Below are positions 1 to 8,113 of a DNA stretch of 14,496 nt, in pieces. Position 1 is the first letter of the stretch. Each line of letters opens with the position of its first letter. Below the pieces are notes generated by a model, which had not been told where the DNA came from, did not search any database, and was given only the letters and a program-made list of their open reading frames with translations. The DNA comes from Chlamydiota bacterium (lineage in GTDB: Bacteria > Auribacterota > Tritonobacteria > UBA1439): contig JBAXOY010000080.1 in assembly GCA_037133055.1 (NCBI GenBank), positions 1 to 14,496 of the forward strand, given 5' to 3'. Made by a program: the position numbers and the translations under genes.

Positions 1-160
1 GTGGACTAGTAGAGGCCAGAATTGATTCTGACGCAAAAATCGACTCGTGAGAGGGAACGTCTGCAATTAGTCCTTGCGTTTTCCAATAGTTTTTGATATT
101 TACATTTAAAAAGCGGGCAGAGTGGGGCTCTATCCTTACCGGGCCATGGAGGAGTGTGTC

Positions 161-2083
161 GTGAGACGCAGGATAATGTTGTGCGTGTTTGCCTTCTTGG
201 TTGCTTTGATTATTCCCCGCTTCTCCGCATCGCAGCCCGCCTCCTCACCGTGGCCTATGTTCGGGCATGATGTGCAGCACACTGCGAGGGGCTTGTACAG
301 CCGCTCACAATCATGCGCTCTCTCCTGGAGCTATACAATGGGGTACGTGTCATCCGTTGCGGTGGGTGCGGACGGCAGGATATATCTCGGCTCCAGTGGC
401 AATGCGATACATTGCGTAACTCCTTACGGCACTCTTGCATGGAGCTATATGACAAGAGGCAGAGTGGATTCCTCCTCCCCCGCACTCGCGACTGACGGGA
501 AGGTCTATGTGGGTTCCTGGGACTATGCGCTCTACTCAATCAGCTTTGATGGAAGTTTCGCGTGGAGTTACAGGACTGGTGGAGGGGTGCAATCCTCCCC
601 TGCTTTGGGGAGCGACGGGAGGATTTATGTGGGGTCTTCTGACAACCGGCTTTATTCTTTTTCCCCAGCCGGATCGATCGCGTGGAGTTACTTGACCGGC
701 GGGTATGTGTCCTCTTCCCCCGCGCTGGGGGTCGACGATAGGGTATATATTGGCTCTGATGACAGCAGGCTCTACTCACTCAGCTCTCAAGGGGGCCTCT
801 TATGGAGCTATGCGACGCCTGCGTTCATACAATCGTCCCCCGCCCTCTCATCGGATGAAACCGCATACATTGGAGTCGAAAGACGGATTGAGGCTGTCGG
901 TTCAAACGGGGCTCTCGCCTGGAGCTATCTTACCTACTTACCTGGGGGTTCATTCAATTCTGCCTCTGCCGCCATCGGCTCGTTGGATACCCTCTATATC
1001 GGGTCCACGGACTTTAACCTGTATTCTCTTACCTCCCGCGGGTCCCTTGCATGGAGCTATTCAGCAGGGTACGCCATCGCGTCGTCATTTCCGGCCCTCG
1101 ACCCTGACGGCATGATATATTTTGGCAGCGGGGATAACCGAATCTACTCTCTGACTCCCACGGGATTGCTCGTGTGGAGCTACGTGGCGGCAGGTCAGGT
1201 ATGGGAATCTCCCGTACTCGGCTCGGATGGGAAAGTCTATGTAGGATCCAGCGACGAAAACCGGCTTTACGCCCTCGTGGGGGCATTGACGCCCCTCCCC
1301 ACCCTTACCCCGACCGTAACACCGACGGGGCCGACACCTACGCCGACAATCACCACCACTCCAACAAGGACGCCCACTGGCACAGTGACCCCGACGGTAA
1401 CCTTCACGCCGACGACAAGCCCTACGGCGACGATAGCACCCACGACCCCCCCGGGGACCTTTTACTACAGGTCCGATACCCATACCGTCAATGGGCAAAC
1501 ATGCTATGCGCTGAGCAACCAGAACAGCTCCAATGCGACCTACATGATCATCTGGAGCGAGCCTCCCGGAGAGGGGTGCGCGGGCAATCCCTACTGGTAC
1601 TCGGACATTTACATCAGGCACGCGGACGGATCTGAAACTCTTCTGGGGACGACGATGGGTGAGATTTGGGGCTCTCAATGGGGCGAGGTATCCAAGACAT
1701 GGACCTGCCCCGCGACAAATCTCCTGAGAACCGACGCTCTCAAGATAGTCGAGCATATACAGTTGTGGGAGGGACTCAGCGACAGCGAGAATTTCATCAC
1801 CTCCCCGCTGGGAGCGGACCGGATGGGAAGCACCGAGTGGACACTGACTCGCTGGGTGTGGGGATATTGCTTCAGGGGGGTGACGACATACGAGTATCTT
1901 TACTGGGGTGATAGCGCACAGCAGACGCGCGTGAGCAATGTCAGCTTCACGACATTCACGCCGACCCCGACGACGCCCTGGGGGACCGTGAACTTCCAGC
2001 CCGTTTCGGAGACACCACCCCCCGGCTTCTGGTCCGACGACGGCTCCCCGTTCGGGACCCACGGGGACTACGGCTGGCTCTGA
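161..2083 (+). CDS. Secreted PQQ-like/BamB-like 8-bladed beta-propeller repeat protein with Pro/Thr linker, unknown beta-rich domain and short C-terminal VNFQP..YGW motif
   Basis: The ORF opens at 122, but GTG at 161 follows a GGAGGAG RBS (149-155) and gives a signal peptide (MRRRIMLCVFAFLVALII..SASQ). It has a WPMFGHD cap, eight ~40-aa repeats (WSYxTGGxVxSSPALGSDGRIYVGSxDNRLY) and a long TPTPT linker. Confidence 0.9.
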   Translation: MRRRIMLCVFAFLVALIIPRFSASQPASSPWPMFGHDVQHTARGLYSRSQSCALSWSYTMGYVSSVAVGADGRIYLGSSGNAIHCVTPYGTLAWSYMTRGRVDSSSPALATDGKVYVGSWDYALYSISFDGSFAWSYRTGGGVQSSPALGSDGRIYVGSSDNRLYSFSPAGSIAWSYLTGGYVSSSPALGVDDRVYIGSDDSRLYSLSSQGGLLWSYATPAFIQSSPALSSDETAYIGVERRIEAVGSNGALAWSYLTYLPGGSFNSASAAIGSLDTLYIGSTDFNLYSLTSRGSLAWSYSAGYAIASSFPALDPDGMIYFGSGDNRIYSLTPTGLLVWSYVAAGQVWESPVLGSDGKVYVGSSDENRLYALVGALTPLPTLTPTVTPTGPTPTPTITTTPTRTPTGTVTPTVTFTPTTSPTATIAPTTPPGTFYYRSDTHTVNGQTCYALSNQNSSNATYMIIWSEPPGEGCAGNPYWYSDIYIRHADGSETLLGTTMGEIWGSQWGEVSKTWTCPATNLLRTDALKIVEHIQLWEGLSDSENFITSPLGADRMGSTEWTLTRWVWGYCFRGVTTYEYLYWGDSAQQTRVSNVSFTTFTPTPTTPWGTVNFQPVSETPPPGFWSDDGSPFGTHGDYGWL

Positions 2084-2241
2084 CCGTCGCCGCGGCTCCG
2101 CCGTCGCGCAAGTCCATTTCCCCATAAAGGACACCCTGCCATCTGTCGATATACAGGGCTGTCGTCCGGGCACTTAGGCTCGCAAGACTTCATCCTACGC
2201 ATTTAACCTGAAATATAAAAGGGGCCTCAATTGAGGCTCAA

Positions 2242-2309
2242 GGGATTTCGAGAGACCTCGACAGGCTCGGTCTTTCCCTTCGGGAAACTCGCAGCCCTCG
2301 CTCAATCCC
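2242..2309. repeat. Nested REP-like palindromic unit A
   Basis: Closing stem GGGATT/AATCCC encloses TCGAG..CGCTC, an inner AGACC-TCGACAGGCTC-GGTCT and a TTTCCC-TTC-GGGAAA hairpin. 2240-2262 matches 13128-13150 at 21/23 nt. Confidence 0.7.
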
Positions 2310-2350
2310 AAAATGAAAAGGGCCCGAATATCTGGCCCTTTTCATTTTGG
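2308..2350 (-). terminator. Intrinsic-terminator-like hairpin overlapping a tRNA-like 3' end on the minus strand (probably bidirectional)
   Basis: Perfect 17-bp inverted repeat CCAAAATGAAAAGGGCC (2308-2324) / GGCCCTTTTCATTTTGG (2334-2350) with a 9-nt loop and A/T tracts. Confidence 0.7.
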
Positions 2351-2753
2351 CTCCCCGGGGCGATGGCGGAGCGAACCCTGCTTTGGGATGTCTTCGACTA
2401 TGTGTTCGAGGCCGACCGCCGGCGGATAAAGCCAATCCGGACATACCGGAACCCGGTCTTCCTTGCCCGGGAGTGGTCTGACGCAATGCGATCGGGCAAC
2501 TTCCGGTCACACCGGGCGTTCGCCCATGCGCTTAAATTATCACACGCCCGGGTATCCCAGGTGCTGGGGCTCCTGCGGCTTTGCCCACAGGCGCTTGGAC
2601 AGATTGAAGGACTAGGGGATTCTCTCACATCCAGAGCAGTCACCGAGAGGAAGCTCAGGCCGGTATTGAGTCTGCCCCGTGAAGAACAAATGCAGAAGAT
2701 TAGAACGATTCTCGCTTTGGCCTCCCACGGGTGATTGCGTATTTCCCCCCCAA
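2348..2753 (+). repeat. Copy 1 of a ~400-bp dispersed repeat (att-like junction + HTH ORF)
   Basis: Begins TGGCTCCCCGGGGCGATGGCGGAGCGAACC. It aligns over its length with 8114-8513 and, with more divergence, with 9502-9878. Confidence 0.95.
2363..2734 (+). CDS. 123-aa ParB/Spo0J-like HTH protein; possibly a displaced serine-recombinase C-terminal tail (frame reads WLPG-A-MAERT..)
   Basis: SHRAFAHALKLSHARVSQVLGLLRLCP..VTERKLRPVLSLP resembles the ParB HTH and following helix. Changes between copies are synonymous-biased. There is no clear RBS before the ATG. Confidence 0.65.
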   Translation: MAERTLLWDVFDYVFEADRRRIKPIRTYRNPVFLAREWSDAMRSGNFRSHRAFAHALKLSHARVSQVLGLLRLCPQALGQIEGLGDSLTSRAVTERKLRPVLSLPREEQMQKIRTILALASHG

Positions 2754-2967
2754 ACCTTCGTCACTTTCGGCAAAGTGATATTCCTACATCATCCGGATCT
2801 CAATATGTCATCCACATGATAGAACTGAAGGAATGCGTATTTCAATCAGGAGGTCCGGAAATGGCTTTGATATACTCTGCGTGACGGGATAGCGGTGTCC
2901 CTAGACGCACATCGTTTTGCCCTATTCCCCTCTGAGGAAAAGACCTTCGATCCATTGAGAGGAAGAG

Positions 2968-4731
2968 ATGCGTTTCAGCTACCGTGGAAGCCTCTATGCA
3001 AGTTTCCTGATTACCGTCACCGTCCCGATTATTCTTGCATACATATTGTTCCAAACATTCCTAAGGGAAACGGCGCGAGGCGAATTCTATTCTCAGGCGG
3101 AACGCGTCGCCCGCGGGGTAACGGAGGAGATACAACACCGATCGAGAAGCCTCCTCCACCTCGCCGCAATCTACGCGAAGGACCGATTTATCCTGTCGGC
3201 CGCCGCGAGTCGCGACCGCGCCGTCATGGAACAGCGTCTTTCCGAGCTCTATAGATATTCGAATCTGGACCTCCTCGAAGTGGGGGATTCAAACGGATAC
3301 GTCCTCGCGAGGGGGCACCGACCCCAGGAGTACGGGGAACAGAAATCATCGCAACTTATCATCAAGAACGCGCTGAAAGGCCGGGAAGACGCCGACATCG
3401 AATACGGTGCGTCGGGAATCGCGCTGCGGGCTGTCGCCCCTATTCTTGCCACCCCGGATAAACCCACGGGTACCCTGATGACAGGGGTCCTCTTGAACAG
3501 GGACTTTTTTGACATCTACAAGACCATCACGGGCTTCGACATCGCGCTCTTTGCAGGCGATACCTTGATAGCTGGTACCTTCCTCAATGCCCCCAGCGTG
3601 GCATCCACATTGCCCCGCTACAACCCCCATGATGGTCCCCAGCTCACCAAGGCCGTCTTCAGACTCAACAACGCGGAGATGTGGGGGGTTGCAATCCCTG
3701 TGTATCATATGAGCGGTACCCCATTGGGGAGCCTGCTCTTGTGGAAAGAGCGCGACGTCATCCTCAAGCCCCTGCGGGTCAACCAGCTCACCCTCGCCCT
3801 CTCATTCATTGTGGCTTGTATTTTCGCCGCCGTTCTTGCCGTATTCCTAAGCCGGAACTTCTCCTCTCCCCTGAAAAAGATGCTTCCAGTCATGGATCGT
3901 GTTTCCCGTGGGCACATGGATGCTTCAATGCCGGACTTGCGATGGAAGGAATTCCATGAGCTGTCGCGGCATTTTCAGAATATGGTCGGCGAGCTAAAAA
4001 ATTCGCAGGATAAGATCATGCACACCCAGCAGCAGCTGATCGTTGCGGCGAAGTTCGCGGTCCTCGGGCAGGTGACCGCCGAACTCGCGCACGAGGTGCG
4101 GAACCCGCTCAACTCGATGGAGATCACACTTCGCCTGCTCAAGGAGGAGGTCGGGGAAGGGCACTTCCCAGCCCACGGCATCATCGAGAAGATCGAATGC
4201 GTCCACTCCGAGATAAAGCGGCTCGACCAGACCATACGGGATTTCGTGGAGGCGGGAGGCAGCATCGCCCTGAAGAAGACCCGTTCGGATCTCACAGAGG
4301 AGGTTCGAGCCGTGCTCGCGCTTGCCGCACCACAAGTGGAGATGCTGGGGATCGGAATCGAACTCGATCTGGGGGTCGCATTGCCGGCGGAGGTCGACCG
4401 GAATCGGTTTCGCCAGGCCGTGCTCAACCTGTTGCTGAACGCCTGCCAGTCGATGAGGCCGGGGGGGCGACTCACCATCAAGGGCATACGCAGCGGGGAC
4501 CGGGTGGTCATCGCCATCCGCGACACCGGCATGGGGATGGGTAGGGAGGAGAAGGCGCGGCTCCTCGATTTTCCTTTCACGACAAAACCCGGGGGGATGG
4601 GTTGCGGCCTGCCCTATGTGATGAGAATCGTTCAGGCCCACGGCGGCGAGTTCGACATGGATTCCGAGGAAGGGGCGGGAACCACGGTGAGGATTTCTCT
4701 CCCGGCGGCCCGCGGGGGAGGAGACGCATGA
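2968..4731 (+). CDS. Membrane sensor histidine kinase (TM, Cache-like extracytoplasmic domain, TM, HAMP, HisKA, HATPase)
   Basis: Two hydrophobic TM segments, H-box AHEVRNPL, N-box NLLLNA, G1 DTGMG, F-box FPFTTK and G2 GMGCGL. Its stop overlaps the next start (ATGA). Confidence 0.95.
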   Translation: MRFSYRGSLYASFLITVTVPIILAYILFQTFLRETARGEFYSQAERVARGVTEEIQHRSRSLLHLAAIYAKDRFILSAAASRDRAVMEQRLSELYRYSNLDLLEVGDSNGYVLARGHRPQEYGEQKSSQLIIKNALKGREDADIEYGASGIALRAVAPILATPDKPTGTLMTGVLLNRDFFDIYKTITGFDIALFAGDTLIAGTFLNAPSVASTLPRYNPHDGPQLTKAVFRLNNAEMWGVAIPVYHMSGTPLGSLLLWKERDVILKPLRVNQLTLALSFIVACIFAAVLAVFLSRNFSSPLKKMLPVMDRVSRGHMDASMPDLRWKEFHELSRHFQNMVGELKNSQDKIMHTQQQLIVAAKFAVLGQVTAELAHEVRNPLNSMEITLRLLKEEVGEGHFPAHGIIEKIECVHSEIKRLDQTIRDFVEAGGSIALKKTRSDLTEEVRAVLALAAPQVEMLGIGIELDLGVALPAEVDRNRFRQAVLNLLLNACQSMRPGGRLTIKGIRSGDRVVIAIRDTGMGMGREEKARLLDFPFTTKPGGMGCGLPYVMRIVQAHGGEFDMDSEEGAGTTVRISLPAARGGGDA

Positions 4732-6083
4732 AGAAAGTCTTGATTGTCGAGGACGAAAAAATCGCCTGTGATAACCTCGGCCAGTTCCTGCTGAAGAAGG
4801 GATACTCCCCCTCGTGCGCGTATACTTTCGCGGAGGCGAGGGAGCAGATCCGGTCGGAGCGGCACGACATCTACCTGGTGGACGTGCGCCTCCCCGACGG
4901 CAACGGTCTGGAACTCATTCCCGCGATCCGAGGGGCCCTCTCGGACGCGATCATCATCATCCTCACCGCCTACGCGACGGTCGAGAACGCGGTGAGCGCG
5001 CTGAAGTCCGGAGCGGACCACTACCTGATAAAACCGATAGACCTCGAAGAGCTGCTCGTTGTGGTTAGGAAGGAGGAGCGCCTATCCGTGCAGCAGAAGA
5101 CCGCCGCACTGGGGACGGAGACCCCCCCCCTGGCCGGCCATGAGGACCTCATCGGCACCAGCCGGGTGATGCTTCCGGTGCTCGATCTCATCAAAAGGCT
5201 GTGCCTTTCCGACGCGAGCGTTCTCATCACGGGGGAAAGCGGCACGGGGAAGGAGCTCGCGGCGAGGACCCTGCACTACTCCGGGCCGCGCGGGAAGAAG
5301 CGCTTCGTGCCCGTCAACTGTGCGGCGCTACCCGAGCCGCTGCTCGAAAGCGAGTTGTTCGGTCACGTCAAGGGGGCGTTCACAGGCGCCCTGCAGGACC
5401 GCGAGGGGAAGTTCGAGTACGCAGATGGAGGCACGCTCTTCCTCGATGAGATCGGCGAACTCGGCCTCGCCCTCCAGGCGAAATTTCTCCGCATCCTCGA
5501 GCAGAAATCCTTCGTGAAACTTGGGTCGAACCGCGAAACGGTCGCGGACGTCCGGATACTCGCCTCGACGAACCGCGACCTCAAGGAAATGGTCGACAAG
5601 GGGCTCTTCAGGGAGGACCTCTACTGGCGCCTGAACGTGGTCGAGATCCATCTTCCGCCCCTCCGTGAGAGGGCGGAGGACATAGAACTGTTTGCGCGAC
5701 ATTTTCTGGCGCAGTACGCGGAGCGGTCGAACAAAGCGGTCCCGGCGCTCTCCCCCGACGTGCGGGAGATCTTCCGCGAATATCCATGGCCGGGCAATGT
5801 CCGTGAGATGGAAAACGTGCTCGAGCGGGCATTCATCCTCATGGAGTCTCCCACGCTCACGGTGGACCTTCTCCCGACACGACTTCGCAACCTCGCCTCC
5901 GTCGTCCCCCCTCCCGCGGAGACCGGGAACGAGCCGCTTCAGAAGCTGCTCGGCGATTTCGAGAGGGACGTGATACTCAAGGTCCTCCAGCAGGAAAACG
6001 GAAGCAGGGCCAAAGCGGCGGAACGGCTGCGAATCAGCCTCCGGACGCTCCAGTACAAGCTGAAGGAATACAACATCACCTGA
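4728..6083 (+). CDS. Sigma54-dependent response regulator (NtrC/AtoC family; REC-AAA+-Fis HTH)
   Basis: Start MKKVLIVEDE at 4728 (ATGA overlap, GGAGGAG RBS). Contains DVRLPDGNG, Walker A GESGTGKE, GAFTGA, LFLDEIGE, WPGNVRE and C-terminal AAERLRISLRTLQYKL. Confidence 0.97.
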   Translation: MKKVLIVEDEKIACDNLGQFLLKKGYSPSCAYTFAEAREQIRSERHDIYLVDVRLPDGNGLELIPAIRGALSDAIIIILTAYATVENAVSALKSGADHYLIKPIDLEELLVVVRKEERLSVQQKTAALGTETPPLAGHEDLIGTSRVMLPVLDLIKRLCLSDASVLITGESGTGKELAARTLHYSGPRGKKRFVPVNCAALPEPLLESELFGHVKGAFTGALQDREGKFEYADGGTLFLDEIGELGLALQAKFLRILEQKSFVKLGSNRETVADVRILASTNRDLKEMVDKGLFREDLYWRLNVVEIHLPPLRERAEDIELFARHFLAQYAERSNKAVPALSPDVREIFREYPWPGNVREMENVLERAFILMESPTLTVDLLPTRLRNLASVVPPPAETGNEPLQKLLGDFERDVILKVLQQENGSRAKAAERLRISLRTLQYKLKEYNIT

Positions 6084-6086
6084 ACG

Positions 6087-6131
6087 CGTCGTTGTGCAAG
6101 GCATTGCACAACGACGTGCAGAATCATGCAC
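6087..6131. promoter_or_regulatory. Tandem enhancer (UAS) palindromes for a sigma54 activator
   Basis: GTGCA-N6-TGCAC at 6094-6109 and 6116-6131, 22 bp apart. The first lies within a perfect 13-bp inverted repeat (6087-6099/6104-6116). They sit about 120-160 bp upstream of the -24 box. Confidence 0.8.
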
Positions 6132-6251
6132 ACGGACGCGTGTGCATCCATTCATTCTCCACAGGAGCCACCCAGTATCCCCCATCCATATTCGCCCGTA
6201 TCCCCTTGCTCGCTTCATTGTTGGACAGCGGGATTGCATTCCCTCGAACTC

Positions 6252-6268
6252 TTGGCACGGAAGTTGCT
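6252..6268 (+). promoter_or_regulatory. Sigma54 (-24/-12) promoter
   Basis: TTGGCACGGAAGTTGCT matches the TGGCAC-N5-TTGCW consensus and lies about 60 bp before the ATG at 6331. Confidence 0.9.
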
Positions 6269-6330
6269 TATTTCTGCGATGGAGATACTGTCAGACTGTT
6301 CACGGGTCGCCAAGAAAAGGAGGGCAGGCC

Positions 6331-6879
6331 ATGGTCATGTTCTCCATCAAAGCTCTGTCCATCGTCGAGGAGCAGCTCCTCAGGTTGCACACTCAGGTTG
6401 TCGCCGCGCTGCGAAAACCTGAGCTTTTGACCGGACCGTCTTCCCTGCGTGACGAGGCGATACAGCTCCATATGTCCGCATTCGGAGATCTGGCGAACGG
6501 CGATTCGCTACCGTTCTTCCGCTGGCATTATATCGAGATTTCCGGCAGCCTAGTGACCCTCGCCCGCCGCATGGATGCCCTCATTTCCTTCATTGCATCC
6601 CTTCAACCAAATGAGCGAACCATGCTTGCGAATCTCTCCGAGGTCTTCATCGCCTTGGGCAAGGTTATGGAAATGTTCATGCACGCATGGGCCTATCTGC
6701 GCACGGACATGAAGAAGGCCAGAGAGGAACTGCAAGAAATTGCGGCAAAGATAGCCCGGTTCGAGGACTTCGCCGCGAAGCAGGATCTGGGCACGGCGGC
6801 ACTCCTGGCACCGGTCACGGACGCTCTCTATATGGTGGACATATCCATGAAAAAGCTGGTCGTTCTCCTAAGGCTATGA
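6331..6879 (+). CDS. Divergent DUF47/PhoU-like helical protein (PiT accessory)
   Basis: AAGGAGG RBS before ATG 6331; 182 aa with an amphipathic helical pattern. LANGDSLPFFRWHY and YLRTDMKKAREELQEI resemble DUF47 segments, and the gene precedes the PiT genes. Confidence 0.6.
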   Translation: MVMFSIKALSIVEEQLLRLHTQVVAALRKPELLTGPSSLRDEAIQLHMSAFGDLANGDSLPFFRWHYIEISGSLVTLARRMDALISFIASLQPNERTMLANLSEVFIALGKVMEMFMHAWAYLRTDMKKAREELQEIAAKIARFEDFAAKQDLGTAALLAPVTDALYMVDISMKKLVVLLRL

Positions 6880-6900
6880 CCCAGCACGAAGGATACACAC

Positions 6901-7032
6901 ATGTTTATCAGTCGCGCGCTTCTCGGGGGACTCTTCCTCGCGTGGTGCATCGGGGCGAATAACGGTGCCAACGTATTTGGCACCGCAGTGGCAACAATGT
7001 TCGACGCGACCTATTTCAGCCTCCCGTCATAA
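6901..7032 (+). pseudogene. Truncated PiT-family paralog (43 aa, N-terminal motif only)
   Basis: Not in the ORF track. Translates MFISRALLGGLFLAWCIGANNGANVFGTAVAT-MFDATYFSLPS*, parallel to LFGGLFLGWGIGANNAANMFGTAVGT of the next gene. Has an AAGGA RBS. Confidence 0.85.
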
Positions 7033-7049
7033 ACCAAAAGGTAGCGATT

Positions 7050-8027
7050 GTGATCGCATTAGTCAAACTTTTCGGCGGCCTTTTCCTCGGATGGGGAATC
7101 GGAGCCAACAACGCCGCCAACATGTTCGGCACGGCGGTCGGCACCGGCGCCGTGAAGTACCGCACCGCCGTTGGCTGCGTCGCGGCTTTCGTCCTCATCG
7201 GCTCCTTCCTCGAGGGGTACAAGCTCTACGACGGCTACAAGTTCGACAAGAGCGGTGAGTTCAAGGTCTCCTTCTCCCAGGCGGCCGTCGCAACCACCGC
7301 CGCTGCCGTGAGCATCATGTTCCAGACGTACCTCGGCATCCCCACCTCCACCACGCAGAACGCCATCGGCGGCGTGATGGGGATCTCCATCCTGTCGATG
7401 GGGATGGGAGGGATAAGCTGGATGAAGCTACTCTACTGGCTTGTCTCCTGGATAATCCTCCCCGTCGCCGCAGCGGCGATTGCATATGCCGGCGTCAGGG
7501 GGATCGGCTGGATTATCCAGCGCACGGTGAAGGACATGCCGCATCTCAACACGGTCTACAAGCTCTGCCTCCTCGTCTTCGGCTGCTATGGGGCGTACGC
7601 GATGGGAGCGAACAACGTCGTCGTCACAACGGGGCCGTTCTACCATGCGGGATTCTTCGGCGATCCGACGCACGCACACGCCGTCTTCGCCGCCACGCTC
7701 GGCGGCCTTGCCATGGCAGTCGGGGCGCTCACCTACGGGGGGAATGTCATCCGGACCGTCGGCAAGGACATCACCGCGCTCGACCCGTTCTCCGCACTCA
7801 TCGCCGTGCTTACGCACTCGCTCGTCGTCCACTTCTTCACGCAGCTCGCCATCCCGGTCTCGTCGTCCCAGGCGATCGTGGGTGCGGTTGCTGGGGTGGG
7901 GCTCGTCAGAGGGGTGAACACCGTCAACTCAAAGAAACTCTGGGCCATATTCTCCGCATGGTTCTTGTCCCCGGTCGTCGCCGCGCTGCTCGCGATGGGC
8001 ATCGCGTTTGCGCTGGGCATACGCTGA
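7050..8027 (+). CDS. PiT (PHO4) family inorganic phosphate/anion transporter
   Basis: Two PHO4 repeats (GANNAANMFGTAVG..GIPTSTTQ and GANNVV..AIPVSSSQAIVGAVAGVG) and multiple TM helices. Confidence 0.92.
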   Translation: MIALVKLFGGLFLGWGIGANNAANMFGTAVGTGAVKYRTAVGCVAAFVLIGSFLEGYKLYDGYKFDKSGEFKVSFSQAAVATTAAAVSIMFQTYLGIPTSTTQNAIGGVMGISILSMGMGGISWMKLLYWLVSWIILPVAAAAIAYAGVRGIGWIIQRTVKDMPHLNTVYKLCLLVFGCYGAYAMGANNVVVTTGPFYHAGFFGDPTHAHAVFAATLGGLAMAVGALTYGGNVIRTVGKDITALDPFSALIAVLTHSLVVHFFTQLAIPVSSSQAIVGAVAGVGLVRGVNTVNSKKLWAIFSAWFLSPVVAALLAMGIAFALGIR

Positions 8028-8079
8028 AAAGTGCAATAGACCGTGGTGGAATAGGGTGCGCCGCGTTCAACCCTAAAAG

Positions 8080-8109
8080 GAAAAGGGACCTCGATTGAGG
8101 TCCCTTTTC
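8080..8109. terminator. Terminator-like hairpin abutting junction 2
   Basis: Perfect 13-bp inverted repeat GAAAAGGGACCTC-GATT-GAGGTCCCTTTTC, about 50 bp after the PiT stop. Confidence 0.75.
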
Positions 8110-8113
8110 AAAA

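Noticed and set aside
74..106. Sigma70 promoter (TTGCGT ... TATTTA/TACATT) for the first gene
   Set aside because: The region is AT-rich and plausible, but the -10 match and spacing are too ambiguous to call.
1085..2173. Long antisense or alternative-frame ORFs (1085-2173, 3975-4641, 5328-6239, 11096-11635, 12017-12559)
   Set aside because: They are shadows of GC-rich genes that have clear motifs on the + strand, and they show no recognisable domains.
2231..2362. N-terminal extension of ORF 2231-2734 (likewise 9328-9513 and 13195-13314)
   Set aside because: These extensions are not shared between copies. The first and last simply translate palindromic repeats and hairpins.
6094..6330. Upstream extension of ORF 6094-6879
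   Set aside because: It overlaps the enhancer and sigma54 promoter, and a strong RBS marks ATG 6331 as the start.
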